38,160 nucleotides of DNA from an uncultured Methyloversatilis sp. (GCA_964617225.1 CAZTWA010000001.1:1-38160), one strand, 5' to 3'; shown: positions 1 through 9,766, counted from the stretch's first letter. Notes: a model not told the origin generated them from the sequence alone. Numbers and translations: made by a program.

Positions 1-1257
1 CTCGGCTGGGGCGGCTGGTGGTTCTGGGACCCGGTCGAGAACGCCTCCTTCATGCCCTGGCTGGTCGGTACCGCGCTGATCCACTCGCTCGCCGTGACCG
101 AGAAGCGCGGCAGCTTCAAGAACTGGACCGTGCTGCTCGCCATCGCCGCCTTCTCGCTCTCGCTGCTCGGTACCTTCCTCGTGCGCTCGGGTGTACTCAC
201 CTCGGTGCATGCCTTCGCGACCGACCCACGCCGCGGCATCTTCATCCTGATCCTGCTCGCCATCGTCGTCGGCAGCTCGCTGATGCTGTTCGCCGCGCGC
301 GCGCCGAAGGTCAGCCTTGGCGGGGCCTTCGCGCTCTTCTCGCGCGAGACTTTCCTGCTCATGAATAACGTGCTGCTCGTCGTCGCCTGCGGCGCGGTGC
401 TACTCGGCACGCTCTATCCCCTGATCGTCGATGCCTTCGGCCTCGGCAAGATCTCCGTGGGCCCCCCCTACTTCAATGCCGTATTCGTGCCGATCATGCT
501 GCCCTTGATGGTGCTGGTCGCCATCGGCCCGGTCGCGCGCTGGAAGCATGCCGACCTCAAGGCTATTCTGTTCAAGCTCTGGCCAGCCGCCGTGGTTGCC
601 GTGATCGCCGGCATCGTCCTTCCCATCCTGGCGGGCAAATGGAGCGCTTATGTCGCGCTGGCGCTGGCGCTGGTCGGCTGGATGGTCGCTGCGCTCGTGT
701 TGCAGACCATCGATCGCCTCAAGGCCGGCACGCCGACGCTCTCGTGGTGGGGCATGCAGCTCGCCCACTTCGGCCTCGCGGCCTTCGTCGTCGGTGTGGC
801 GATGGTCAGCACCTTCCAGGAGGAGCGCGACGTGCGCATGGCGCAGGGCGATACCGTTACCGTCGGCGGCTATACCTTCAAGTTCCTCGGCGTGCGGGAT
901 GCCGCGGGGCCCAACTACCGCGCCGCGGTCGGCAGCTTCGAACTGGTCAAGGACGGCAAGCTGCAGCGCATGCTCCACCCCGAGAAGCGCGATTACGGTC
1001 CCGGCTCGATGCCAATGACCGAGGCCGCGATCGACGCCAGCTTCACGCGTGATGTCTATGTCTCGCTCGGCGAAGCGCTCGAGGGTGACAAGGAAAATGG
1101 CGCCTGGGCGGTACGCGTCTACTTCAAGCCCTTCGTCGACTGGATCTGGGGCGGCTGCCTGCTGATGGCACTCGGCGGCCTGTGCGCTGCCAGCGACCGC
1201 CGCTATCGCCTGCGCGCCCGGTCCTCATCCCTCGCCACCGCCGGAGCCGCGGCATGA
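1..1257 (+). CDS. ccmF: Cytochrome c heme lyase subunit CcmF (5'-truncated by window edge)
   Basis: Frame open from base 1: LGWGGWWFWDPVENASFMPW (WWD motif), many TM helices, followed by ccmG/H/I. Confidence 0.97.
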   Translation, partial: LGWGGWWFWDPVENASFMPWLVGTALIHSLAVTEKRGSFKNWTVLLAIAAFSLSLLGTFLVRSGVLTSVHAFATDPRRGIFILILLAIVVGSSLMLFAARAPKVSLGGAFALFSRETFLLMNNVLLVVACGAVLLGTLYPLIVDAFGLGKISVGPPYFNAVFVPIMLPLMVLVAIGPVARWKHADLKAILFKLWPAAVVAVIAGIVLPILAGKWSAYVALALALVGWMVAALVLQTIDRLKAGTPTLSWWGMQLAHFGLAAFVVGVAMVSTFQEERDVRMAQGDTVTVGGYTFKFLGVRDAAGPNYRAAVGSFELVKDGKLQRMLHPEKRDYGPGSMPMTEAAIDASFTRDVYVSLGEALEGDKENGAWAVRVYFKPFVDWIWGGCLLMALGGLCAASDRRYRLRARSSSLATAGAAA

Positions 1258-1781
1258 ACAAATTCACCCTGCCCCTCATTGTCTTCATCGCGCTGGTCGC
1301 GCTGCTCGCGGTCGGCCTGAACCTCAACCCGCGCGAGGTGCCCTCCCCGCTGATCGGCAAGCCGACGCCGGATTTCAAGGTGCCACAACTGCAGGATCCG
1401 AACGCCAGCTTCTCGCCCAAGGAAATGCAGGGCAAGGTCTGGCTGCTCAACGTCTGGGCCTCATGGTGCGTCTCCTGCCGCGAGGAGCACCCGATCATCG
1501 TCGAGTATGCGAAGCGGGGCGTGCTGCCGCCGGTCGTCGGCCTCAACTACAAGGACAAGCGCGAAGACGGCATGCGCTGGCTGGCCCGCTTCGGCGATCC
1601 CTATCTGCTCTCGGCCTTCGATGCCGACGGGCGCATTGGCATCGACTACGGTGTGTATGGCGTGCCGGAAACCTACCTCATCGACAAGGCCGGCATCATC
1701 CGTTTCAAGCAGATCGGTCCCATCACCCCGGCGGTCATGGAAAACAAGATCCTGCCGCTGGTCAAGGAACTCAGTCTATGA
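1254..1781 (+). CDS. ccmG: Thiol:disulfide interchange protein CcmG/DsbE
   Basis: N-terminal TM anchor, WASWCVSC thioredoxin motif, YGVYGVPETY; ATG overlaps ccmF stop (ATGA). Confidence 0.96.
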   Translation: MNKFTLPLIVFIALVALLAVGLNLNPREVPSPLIGKPTPDFKVPQLQDPNASFSPKEMQGKVWLLNVWASWCVSCREEHPIIVEYAKRGVLPPVVGLNYKDKREDGMRWLARFGDPYLLSAFDADGRIGIDYGVYGVPETYLIDKAGIIRFKQIGPITPAVMENKILPLVKELSL

Positions 1782-2251
1782 ATACGCAAATGAACAAGCT
1801 GATTGTCCTGCTGGCGTCGCTGTTGCTGTCCGTTTCGCTCGCGGCCAAGGAGGCCGCGCCGCTGGCCGAGGACCCGACCGTCGAAAAGCGGCTGGTCAAT
1901 ATCGCCGAGGAGTTGCGCTGCCTCGTCTGCCAGAACGAATCGCTCGCCGGCTCGCAGGCCGACTTGGCCAAGGACCTGCGCGAGGAAGTGCGCGGGCTGA
2001 TCAAATCCGGCAAGTCGGATGCCGAGGTCAAGGAATTCCTCGTCAGCCGCTACGGTGATTTCGTACTGTATCGCCCGCAGGTCAAGCCGGTCACCTATGC
2101 GCTGTGGGCCGGTCCGTTCATCCTGCTGTTGATCGGCGTCGTCGCGCTCGTCAGCTACCTGCGCAAGCGCAGCCGGCAGGTCGAAGAAACACCACTTAGC
2201 GACGCCGATCGCAAGCGCGCCGAAGCCCTGCTGAAGGATGGCCAGCCATGA
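1778..2251 (+). CDS. ccmH: Cytochrome c biogenesis protein CcmH
   Basis: Signal peptide, LRCLVCQNES motif, RYGDFVLY, C-terminal TM. Confidence 0.95.
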   Translation: MNTQMNKLIVLLASLLLSVSLAAKEAAPLAEDPTVEKRLVNIAEELRCLVCQNESLAGSQADLAKDLREEVRGLIKSGKSDAEVKEFLVSRYGDFVLYRPQVKPVTYALWAGPFILLLIGVVALVSYLRKRSRQVEETPLSDADRKRAEALLKDGQP

Positions 2252-3492
2252 CCGGATTCGCACTCGGCGCCACCCTGCTCGTCATTCTCTCCCTCGTTTT
2301 CCTGCTGTGGCCGTTTCGGCGCCGTCCTGCCAAAGCTGACTTTTCGCGCCAGCAACTGAATGCCGCGATCTACCGCGACCAGTTGGCCGAAGTCGAACGT
2401 GACCAGGCCGATGGCACGCTCTCCCAGGCCGACTACGAACAAGCCCGGGCGGAACTGCAGCGGCGCCTGCTCGAGGACAGCCAGAACGGCGAAGCAAAAG
2501 CAGAAGTCGCCCATCCCAGCCGTGCAACGCCGATCGCGCTGGCGCTGGTCCTGCCCATCGGTGCGATCGTGCTCTACCTCGTATTGGGCACGCCCGACGC
2601 CCTGAACCCGCAGGCGGTTGCATCGCCCCATCAGCAGCAACTCAACCCGGCTGACATCGAGCGCATGGTCAGCGACTTCGCCACCAAGCTCGAAAAAGAA
2701 CCGGAGAACTACCAGGGCTGGGTGATGCTCGCGCGGTCCTACAAGGCGATGGGGCGCTTCCCCGATGCCGTCCGCGCCTACGAGCGGACCGGCCCGATGC
2801 TGGAATCCAGTGCCGAGTTGCTCGTCGATTACGCCGACGCGCTGGCCGCGGTGAATGGCTTCGACACCAAGGCGATGGCGACCATCGAGCGCGCGCTCAA
2901 GCTCGACCCGAAGCAACCGCAAGCCCTGTGGCTGCGCGGCTCGGCCTTTTTCGATGGCAAGCAGTACGCCAAGGCGGTCGCTGACTGGGACGCCCTGCTG
3001 AAGCGGTTTCCGGCCGACTCGGAAGAATTCCGCGTGATCAGCGGCAACATCGCCGAAGCGCGGCAACTGGGCGGCCTCAAGTCCGCACCCACGGCTTCCG
3101 CGAAAGTCAGCGCGGGCGGGACGGCACCGGCGGTACAAGCGATGGCCGCGAACGCTACGGTAAAGGGCCGCGTCGAACTGGACGCCACGCTCGCCGGCAA
3201 GGTGCCCGCCGACGCCATGCTGATGGTGGTCGCGCGGCCGAACGACGGCTCGCGGATGCCGGTCGCGGTGGTGCGCGTACCCGCAGCGGAACTGCCCTAC
3301 CTCTTCACGCTCGACGACAATCTGGCGATGAGTCCGGATCGCAAGCTCTCGCAATTCCCCGAACTGCTGGTCGAGGCGCGCATCTCGAAGACCGGCCAGG
3401 CCGTCCCCCAACCGGGTGATCTGTACGGCCCGGCCGCCACGGTGAAACTGGGCACGCAAAACGTCCGGCTGAAGATCGACCAGGTCCGGTAA
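2248..3492 (+). CDS. ccmI: Cytochrome c biogenesis protein CcmI (CycH), TPR-containing
   Basis: N-terminal TM, AIYRDQLAE, TPR-like helices (GWVMLARSY), C-terminal PVAV..LP..FTLDD domain. Confidence 0.93.
   Translation: MTGFALGATLLVILSLVFLLWPFRRRPAKADFSRQQLNAAIYRDQLAEVERDQADGTLSQADYEQARAELQRRLLEDSQNGEAKAEVAHPSRATPIALALVLPIGAIVLYLVLGTPDALNPQAVASPHQQQLNPADIERMVSDFATKLEKEPENYQGWVMLARSYKAMGRFPDAVRAYERTGPMLESSAELLVDYADALAAVNGFDTKAMATIERALKLDPKQPQALWLRGSAFFDGKQYAKAVADWDALLKRFPADSEEFRVISGNIAEARQLGGLKSAPTASAKVSAGGTAPAVQAMAANATVKGRVELDATLAGKVPADAMLMVVARPNDGSRMPVAVVRVPAAELPYLFTLDDNLAMSPDRKLSQFPELLVEARISKTGQAVPQPGDLYGPAATVKLGTQNVRLKIDQVR
2321..2343 (-). repeat. DUS-like dispersed motif copy 1 (AAAGTCAGC TTTG GC AG GACGGC)
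   Basis: + strand GCCGTCCTGCCAAAGCTGACTTT inside ccmI, read as RRPAKADF. Confidence 0.9.
3103..3125 (+). repeat. DUS-like dispersed motif copy 2 (AAAGTCAGC GCGG GC GG GACGGC)
   Basis: In the ccmI inter-domain linker, read as KVSAGGTA. Confidence 0.9.
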
Positions 3493-3518
3493 TCCGGACA
3501 CCGGCCCAGCCGGCAGCA

Positions 3519-3559
3519 GAAAACGGGGCGAAACGGGGCGTATAGTTCGCCCCGTTTTC
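3519..3559. promoter_or_regulatory. 14-bp inverted repeat with tandemly duplicated arm between ccmI and the NCS2 permease
   Basis: GAAAACGGGGCGAA (3519-3532) / TTCGCCCCGTTTTC (3546-3559); AAACGGGGCG twice in tandem; TATAGT in the loop. Confidence 0.5.
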
Positions 3560-3577
3560 ATTGGCAGGAGGCATCGC

Positions 3578-4870
3578 ATGCTGGAACGCTATTTCGCCCT
3601 CTCCGCACACGGTACGGACGTCCGCACCGAAGTCATCGCGGGGGCCACGACCTTCCTGACGATGGCCTACATCATCTTCGTCAATCCGGACATCCTGTCG
3701 GCTGCCGGCATGCCGAAGGAAGCCGTGTTCGTCGCCACCTGCCTCGCCGCCGCACTCGGCTCGGCGATCATGGGGCTCTACGCCAACTACCCGATCGCGC
3801 TGGCGCCCGGCATGGGCCTCAACGCCTACTTCGCCTTCGCCGTCGTCGGCGGCATGGGCTTCACCTGGCAGCAGGCGCTCGGCGCGGTGTTCATTTCCGG
3901 CGTGCTGTTCATCCTCGTCAGCCTGTTCCGCCTGCGCGAGTGGATCGTCAATGCGATCCCGCGCTCGCTCAAGTTCGCCATCTCCGCCGGCATCGGCTTG
4001 TTCCTCGCCATCATCGGCCTGAAGAACGCCGGCCTGATCGCCGCGCATCCCGCCACCTTCGTCACGCTTGGCGACATCCACCAGCCCGGTGCATTGCTCG
4101 CCGTCGCCGGCTTCCTGCTCATCGTCGCGCTCGAGCAGCGCAAGGTGCCGGGCGCGATCATCATCGGCATCCTCGCTGTCACCATCGCTTCCGCACTGTT
4201 CGGGCTCACCTCGATCAACGGCATCGTCGCCGCCCCGCCCTCGCTGGCGCCGACTTTCATGCAAATGGATATTGCCGGCGCCTTCGAGAAAGGCCTGCTA
4301 GTGGTCATCCTGACCTTCTTCATGGTCGAGTTGTTCGACGCTTCCGGCACGCTGGTTGGCGTGGCGCATCGCGCCGGCCTGCTCGACAAGGATGGCAAGC
4401 TGCCGCGCCTGAAGAAGGCGCTGCTGGCCGACTCCGCCGCGATCGTCGCCGGCGCCGGCCTCGGGACCTCCTCGACCACCGCCTACATCGAATCCGCTGC
4501 CGGCACTGCGGTCGGCGGCCGGACAGGTTTGACGGCTGTGGTCGTCGCGATCCTCTTTCTCGCCGCGCTGGTGTTCGCGCCATTGGCAGGGGCGGTACCC
4601 GCCTATGCCACCGCCCCCGCGCTCTGCTACGTCGCCGTGCTGATGGCCCGCGGCCTCGCGGAAATCGAGTGGGACGACCTCACCGAAACCGCCCCCGCCG
4701 TGATTACCGCGATCACCATGCCCTTCACTTTCTCGATCGCACACGGCATCGCCTTCGGCTTCATCGCCTACACCGTACTGAAGCTGCTGTCCGGCAAGGT
4801 GCGTGAACTCTCGCCGATGGTCGCGATCATCGCCGTGCTGTTCGTGCTCAAGTTCGCCTACCTGGGCTGA
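3578..4870 (+). CDS. NCS2/AzgA-family purine (adenine/guanine/hypoxanthine) permease
   Basis: [31 protein letters not shown] motifs, polytopic membrane protein; adjacent to apt and hpt. Confidence 0.95.
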   Translation: MLERYFALSAHGTDVRTEVIAGATTFLTMAYIIFVNPDILSAAGMPKEAVFVATCLAAALGSAIMGLYANYPIALAPGMGLNAYFAFAVVGGMGFTWQQALGAVFISGVLFILVSLFRLREWIVNAIPRSLKFAISAGIGLFLAIIGLKNAGLIAAHPATFVTLGDIHQPGALLAVAGFLLIVALEQRKVPGAIIIGILAVTIASALFGLTSINGIVAAPPSLAPTFMQMDIAGAFEKGLLVVILTFFMVELFDASGTLVGVAHRAGLLDKDGKLPRLKKALLADSAAIVAGAGLGTSSTTAYIESAAGTAVGGRTGLTAVVVAILFLAALVFAPLAGAVPAYATAPALCYVAVLMARGLAEIEWDDLTETAPAVITAITMPFTFSIAHGIAFGFIAYTVLKLLSGKVRELSPMVAIIAVLFVLKFAYLG

Positions 4871-4874
4871 TGCA

Positions 4875-5402
4875 ATGACCGTCGACGCGCTGAAAGCCCG
4901 GATCCGCACCGTACCCGATTGGCCGGAACCCGGCGTGCGGTTCCGCGACATCACGCCGCTGCTGCGCGACGGCCCGGCGCTCAATGCACTGGTCGAAGCC
5001 TTCGCCGCACGCTACGCCGACCACGGCCTCGCCGCCATCGCCGGCATCGAGGCGCGCGGCTTCATCCTCGGCGCGGCGCTCGCGCATCATCTGGGCGTCG
5101 GCTTCATTCCCGTGCGCAAGCAGGGCAAGCTGCCCTTCGAGACGATCTCGGAGAGCTACACGCTCGAATACGGCCAGGCCACGGTCGAGGTCCATTCCGA
5201 CGCGGCCGCGCCGGGCGAACGCGTGCTGGTCGTCGATGACCTGGTCGCCACGGGCGGCACGATGATCGCCGCCGCGCGCCTGATGCTCAAGCTTGGTGCC
5301 CACGTCGTCGAGACGGCCGCGGTCATCGACCTGCCGGCCCTCGGTGGCAGCGCACGCATCCGCGCCGCCGGCCTGCCCCTGTTCACCCTGATGGAGTTCT
5401 GA
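4875..5402 (+). CDS. apt: Adenine phosphoribosyltransferase
   Basis: [40 protein letters not shown]-binding motif. Confidence 0.96.
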   Translation: MTVDALKARIRTVPDWPEPGVRFRDITPLLRDGPALNALVEAFAARYADHGLAAIAGIEARGFILGAALAHHLGVGFIPVRKQGKLPFETISESYTLEYGQATVEVHSDAAAPGERVLVVDDLVATGGTMIAAARLMLKLGAHVVETAAVIDLPALGGSARIRAAGLPLFTLMEF

Positions 5403-5403
5403 C

Positions 5404-5964
5404 ATGCAGGAAACCTTGCTCGAGGAAGTGCGCCGCATTAAGGCCGAGGCCGATTGCGTGGCCACGCCCGCAGCCGTCGATGCCGCTTTCGACCAACTGG
5501 CGCAGGAAGTCACCGCACGCCTGAAGAATGCCAACCCCCTGATCTACACCGTGATGAACGGCGGATTGATCGTCGCCGGCCGCCTGATTTCCAGGCTGGA
5601 TTTCCCCCTTGAGTTGGCCTACCTGCACGCCACCCGCTACGGCCATGCCATGAACGGCACGTTCCTCGACTGGCGCGTCCGGCCGACGCAGGCTCTCACC
5701 GGCCGTACCGTGCTGATCATTGACGACGTGCTCGACGAGGGCCATACGCTCGACGCGATCTGCCAGAGCGTGCGCGAGGCCGGCGCGGCCGAGGTGCTCA
5801 CCGCCGTGCTGGTACACAAGGTACATGAGCGCAAGGCGATTCCCGGCATGCGCGCCGACTTCACCGGTCTCGACGCGCCAGATCGCTTCCTGTTCGGCTG
5901 CGGCATGGATTACAAGGGCTACTGGCGCAACACCGCGGGCATCTACGCCGTCAAGGGGCGCTGA
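5404..5964 (+). CDS. hpt: Hypoxanthine-guanine phosphoribosyltransferase
   Basis: IIDDVLDEGHTL PRPP motif, FLFGCGMDYKGYWRN. Confidence 0.92.
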   Translation: MQETLLEEVRRIKAEADCVATPAAVDAAFDQLAQEVTARLKNANPLIYTVMNGGLIVAGRLISRLDFPLELAYLHATRYGHAMNGTFLDWRVRPTQALTGRTVLIIDDVLDEGHTLDAICQSVREAGAAEVLTAVLVHKVHERKAIPGMRADFTGLDAPDRFLFGCGMDYKGYWRNTAGIYAVKGR

Positions 5965-5975
5965 GGCGCATCTCG

Positions 5976-5998
5976 AAAGTCAGCCCCGGCAGGACGGC
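5976..5998 (+). repeat. DUS-like dispersed motif copy 3 (AAAGTCAGC CCCG GC AG GACGGC)
   Basis: Intergenic, 11 bp after the hpt stop. Confidence 0.9.
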
Positions 5999-6022
5999 AC
6001 GATAAGTTTTCTGCATGCCGAC

Positions 6023-6064
6023 TTAAGCTGGATCAAGGTAATCGCCGCACCCACCGTCCAGAAT
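6023..6064 (+). promoter_or_regulatory. Possible FNR/DNR-type class II promoter
   Basis: TTAAG-CTGG-ATCAA (6023-6036, one perfect half-site) with CAGAAT at 6059-6064, spacing compatible with a -41.5 site. Confidence 0.45.
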
Positions 6065-6070
6065 GCCATC

Positions 6071-6155
6071 GTAGTACTAGGGAATGAGCGACGAGTGAGT
6101 GCTGCGCAAGCAGCATTTTCAAGGGCGACATGATATTCATGGCCGCCCTTTTTTT
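6071..6155 (+). ncRNA. Candidate ~85-nt small RNA or attenuated napF leader
   Basis: TGCTGC-GCAA-GCAGCA GNRA hairpin, then AAGGGCG...CGCCCTT stem and T-run ending at 6155. Confidence 0.4.
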
Positions 6156-6176
6156 ATTCTCTGTTACGATCAACCC

Positions 6177-6482
6177 ATGATTTCGCGACGCCAATTCCTG
6201 CGCGGCCGCTTCGCGACAGCGAACACGCCCAAGCCACCCAACAATCCCGATGCACCCAAGATGGCCGTCATCGGCGTTGATTGCATCGCCTTCGCGCAAA
6301 ACGTGGTGTGCCGCAGTTGCGGCGATGTGTGTGAAGCGGCAGCGATCCGCTTTTCGCCGCGGTTGAATGCGGCGGCCTGTCCGGCCGTGCTGGCCGAGCG
6401 GTGCACGGGATGCAGCGAGTGCGTTTCGGCCTGCCCGGCCAGCGCGATCACCCTGACCGCGCTGGCCGTTCAGTCGAAATAA
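6177..6482 (+). CDS. napF: Short ferredoxin-type protein NapF
   Basis: SRRQFLRG N-terminal motif, C..CRSCGDVC and CTGCSECVSACP clusters; next to nap operon. Confidence 0.8.
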   Translation: MISRRQFLRGRFATANTPKPPNNPDAPKMAVIGVDCIAFAQNVVCRSCGDVCEAAAIRFSPRLNAAACPAVLAERCTGCSECVSACPASAITLTALAVQSK

Positions 6483-6492
6483 CGCTGAGGAC

Positions 6493-7101
6493 TTACTCCT
6501 CTTCCTCTTCGGTGCCGGGCTTCTTGTAGCCCTTGGGCAGCTTGTGCGCGATGCCCTGGTGGCAGTCGATGCAACTCTTGCCCTGCTCTTTCGCCTCCAT
6601 GTGCTTCTTGTACGGTGTCTTCTTCTGGATCTCCGGATTCATCGCGTCAAAGCTGTGGCAGTTGCGGCACTCGATCGAGTCACGCGCCTTCATGCGTGCC
6701 CATTCGCGCTCCGCCATCGCCAAGCGATTGGCCTCGAATTTTTCCTTCGTGTCGATCTTGCCGGTGAGCTTGCCCCAGATTTCGTAGCTGGCCTTCACCT
6801 TGCGGATCATCTTGTGTGTCCAGTCCTTCGGCACATGGCAGTCGGAGCAGACCGCGCGCACACCTGTCCGATTGCTGTAGTGGATCGTGTACTTGTATTC
6901 CTGGTACACGTTATCGCGCATCTCGTGGCATCCCACACAGAATTCGAGCGTGTTGGTTGCCTCCATCCCGGTGTTGAAACCACCCCAGAAAATGATGCCG
7001 CCGAAGAAGCCCACCATCACCAAACCGAGCAACGAGTACTTCGCGCTCGGCCGGCGCAGCATTGCCCACCAGCCCTGTTTGCCTGAATCGAGATTAGCCA
7101 T
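6493..7101 (-). CDS. napC: NapC/NirT tetraheme cytochrome c quinol dehydrogenase
   Basis: N-terminal TM, four CxxCH (CVGCH, CSDCH, CRNCH, CIDCH). Confidence 0.96.
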   Translation of the reverse strand: MANLDSGKQGWWAMLRRPSAKYSLLGLVMVGFFGGIIFWGGFNTGMEATNTLEFCVGCHEMRDNVYQEYKYTIHYSNRTGVRAVCSDCHVPKDWTHKMIRKVKASYEIWGKLTGKIDTKEKFEANRLAMAEREWARMKARDSIECRNCHSFDAMNPEIQKKTPYKKHMEAKEQGKSCIDCHQGIAHKLPKGYKKPGTEEEEE

Positions 7102-7118
7102 GATCGGTCATTCGACCA

Positions 7119-7481
7119 TCAGGGCTGGATCGACAGGATGTACTGCGCAACGTTCTTCATCTGTGCCATGTCCTTGGGGGGCATCGTCTTGATGATCTTG
7201 TGCTCCTCCTGCGAACCGTCCGCCAGCTTGACCTTCTTGCCTGAGGTGAGATGCTTGACGATTTCCTCTTCGGCGTTGGCTTTGCCGCGCAACTTCTCGG
7301 CGGTCTTCAGGAACGACGGGCCATCCTTGTCCTTCTTGATGCCATGACACTGCTTGCAGTTGTTCTGCTCGACGAGATCCTTGGCAGCTTCAACATCAAG
7401 CGCCAGCGCGCTGGTGGAAAAACCTGCCAGTGCGAAAGTAGCGACCGCAGCGGTCACAATCATGCGGTTAAGTTGTTTCAT
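7119..7481 (-). CDS. Periplasmic monoheme c-type cytochrome
   Basis: Sec signal peptide, CKQCH, GPSF; GGAG RBS upstream. Confidence 0.88.
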   Translation of the reverse strand: MKQLNRMIVTAAVATFALAGFSTSALALDVEAAKDLVEQNNCKQCHGIKKDKDGPSFLKTAEKLRGKANAEEEIVKHLTSGKKVKLADGSQEEHKIIKTMPPKDMAQMKNVAQYILSIQP

Positions 7482-7517
7482 GTTTTAAATACTCCATGAG
7501 TTGAGTTGGGGAAAAAC

Positions 7518-7973
7518 TTATTTCGTTACGCCGACGAACTTGGTATCAACGAGCGGCTTGGCATCGACTTGCGGCACATGGCAGGTATCGCACTGGAAGC
7601 GGCTCATCTCGACTGCCGGCTGGCCGTTCTTCTTCTTGATCGTCTTGGAGAAGTGGCTCTCGCCAATCTTCGGCACCTTCTGGCCACGCAACTCGTCGGT
7701 GATGTGGCATTCGAGGCAGGCATTCTCTTCAATGGTAATCGGCACATACTTTTCGGTATCGTGCGGCACCATGGGTGGCTGACCGACGAAGGTGCGTTCG
7801 ATCAGATGCGGTTGACCAACCCCCGGAACCTTGGCGGCATAGACCTTGGCCTCGGGCGCGCGATCAGGTGCAGACACATCGGCACCCCGCATCGGTGCCG
7901 GACCGCTTGTGGAGGCACAGCCGATGATCGAGGCGATGAGGGTCGCGAGTGCGAAGGTTGCAGTCTTTTTCAT
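7518..7973 (-). CDS. napB: Periplasmic nitrate reductase diheme cytochrome subunit
   Basis: QPPMVPH, CLECH and CDTCHVPQ; lipoprotein-like signal (IIGC); GAGG RBS. Confidence 0.93.
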   Translation of the reverse strand: MKKTATFALATLIASIIGCASTSGPAPMRGADVSAPDRAPEAKVYAAKVPGVGQPHLIERTFVGQPPMVPHDTEKYVPITIEENACLECHITDELRGQKVPKIGESHFSKTIKKKNGQPAVEMSRFQCDTCHVPQVDAKPLVDTKFVGVTK

Positions 7974-8006
7974 GATCGAATTCCTCCTAGAGGGAAACAA
8001 GATGGG

Positions 8007-8903
8007 TCATTTCGGTACAGGCGACACCGCGCCGGAAACGCCGGGAGCCGACGCCCCCAAGCGGGTGCCGAAGCGGAAAACATCCTTGGAGCAGACGTCG
8101 ATGCAACGTCCGCAGTTGGTACAGTTTTCTTCCAGAATCACGGGGGGCGTGCCATTGACCGCCTTGAGCGCCGGCCGGATCACCTGCTGTTCCGGGCAGA
8201 CGGCGAAGCAGTCCATGCAGTCGTTGCAGGCCGCGCGTGCCGGCAGCCGCACCCGCAGCAGCGAAAACTTGCCGATCAGGCTGTAGAAGGCGCCCACGGG
8301 GCACAGGTGACCACACCAGCCGTGACGCATGACGAACAGGTCGAACAGGAAGACCACGAGAATCACGGCCCAAGCAAAGCCGATGCCGAAGATCAGGCCA
8401 CGATGCAGCATCGACACCGGGTTGACCATTTCCCAGGCGATCGTGCCGGTCAATGCCGAAACGACCAGCGTCATGCCGAGGATCCAGTAACGCGTCTGGC
8501 GCGTCAGGTGCGCTCCGCCCTTCAGTCCCAACCGCGCGCGCAGCCAGTTGGCCAGGTCGGTCACCAGATTCACCGGGCAAACCCAGGAACAATACACGCG
8601 TCCGCCGACCAACAGGTAGAACAGGATAACGATGGCTACCCCGATCAGGCCAAGCTTCTCCGGCGTCTGGCCGCTGACCAGCGCCTGCAGCAACAGGTAG
8701 GGATCGGTCAACGGCAGCACGCCCAGCGTGTAGCTGTAGTTGAGATTGCCCTTGACGATCCACAGCGCGAACCACGGCCCGATGAGAAACAGCAGCAGAA
8801 TGCCGATCTGACTGGCACGCCGCAGGATCAGCCATTTGTGGGCAGCCAGCCAGCCCTTCTCGGCAATCGCTTCGGCACCAACTTTGTGGGGCAGCGGGCT
8901 CAT
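8007..8903 (-). CDS. napH: Quinol dehydrogenase membrane ferredoxin subunit NapH
   Basis: [18 protein letters not shown], two 4Fe-4S motifs. Confidence 0.96.
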   Translation of the reverse strand: MSPLPHKVGAEAIAEKGWLAAHKWLILRRASQIGILLLFLIGPWFALWIVKGNLNYSYTLGVLPLTDPYLLLQALVSGQTPEKLGLIGVAIVILFYLLVGGRVYCSWVCPVNLVTDLANWLRARLGLKGGAHLTRQTRYWILGMTLVVSALTGTIAWEMVNPVSMLHRGLIFGIGFAWAVILVVFLFDLFVMRHGWCGHLCPVGAFYSLIGKFSLLRVRLPARAACNDCMDCFAVCPEQQVIRPALKAVNGTPPVILEENCTNCGRCIDVCSKDVFRFGTRLGASAPGVSGAVSPVPK

Positions 8904-9766
8904 AGCTTGCCTCCCTGCAAGGCCCGTACTGTTGGCGGAGTCGGTGCTGGCGGGACGGCACCTTGCGCCTCTTCGCCAGGCGGCACAACGGAAAGACCCT
9001 TGCCGTACTCATACTTCATGCCTTCCGGCATATGGTACTGGTGCTCGGCGTCCGGCGCGACCAGGCTGCCGCCGGCCTTTTCCTTCTCGACCCAGCCCAA
9101 GCGATAATGCGCCGACAATTGGCCCTTGGCCATGTAGAGCGGGAATACCTTGATGGCCGCAATTTCGGTCGGGCAGGCTTTTTCGCACTTGCCGCAACCC
9201 GTGCAGGCATCCGAATGCACCACCGGGATGAACAGGGTGTGATCGCCGGTGCGCGCATTTTTTTGTGGGTCGAGCGTGATGGCCTTGTCGATTACCGGGC
9301 AGACGCGATAGCAGATGTCGCAGCGCAAGCCGAGAAAATTGAGGCAGGTTTCCTGATCGACCAATACCGCCAGCCCCATCCTCGCCTTGGCGATATCCAC
9401 CAACGAGTGATCGAGCGCACCGGTGGGGCAGGCCTTGATGCAGGGAATGTCGTCGCACATCTCGCAGGGCGCCTGCCGCGCGACGAAGTAAGGCGTCCCC
9501 GTGGACATCGGTTCTTCCGGCTTGGCCAGGATCAGCATGTTGTAGGGACAGTCGCGCACGCACAGGCCGCAACGGATGCACGCCGACGAGAATTCCGTTT
9601 CCGGCAGGGCACCCGGCGGACGCAGGGCGGCAGGGGGCAGCGCGGTCGCATGCCGCGCGTAAAGACCCAGACCGACGCCCAGCAACCCCACCCCGCACGC
9701 CATGCGTGCGGTATCGGCGAGGAACTGGCGACGACTGGACCCTTTGGGCTTCCTTGTGTTTTCCAT
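8900..9766 (-). CDS. napG: Ferredoxin-type protein NapG
   Basis: SRRQFL Tat signal, LRPPGA, four Cys clusters. Confidence 0.96.
   Translation of the reverse strand: MENTRKPKGSSRRQFLADTARMACGVGLLGVGLGLYARHATALPPAALRPPGALPETEFSSACIRCGLCVRDCPYNMLILAKPEEPMSTGTPYFVARQAPCEMCDDIPCIKACPTGALDHSLVDIAKARMGLAVLVDQETCLNFLGLRCDICYRVCPVIDKAITLDPQKNARTGDHTLFIPVVHSDACTGCGKCEKACPTEIAAIKVFPLYMAKGQLSAHYRLGWVEKEKAGGSLVAPDAEHQYHMPEGMKYEYGKGLSVVPPGEEAQGAVPPAPTPPTVRALQGGKL

Noticed and set aside
307-329. Partial motif match AAGGTCAGCCTTGGCGGGGCCTT in ccmF; other half matches near 4235-4257, 16115 and 22829
   Set aside because: One conserved block is missing in each; cannot be told from chance in GC-rich DNA without a PWM scan.
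3493-3577. Purine riboswitch upstream of the NCS2 permease
   Set aside because: The spacer is short and lacks a recognisable purine aptamer core.
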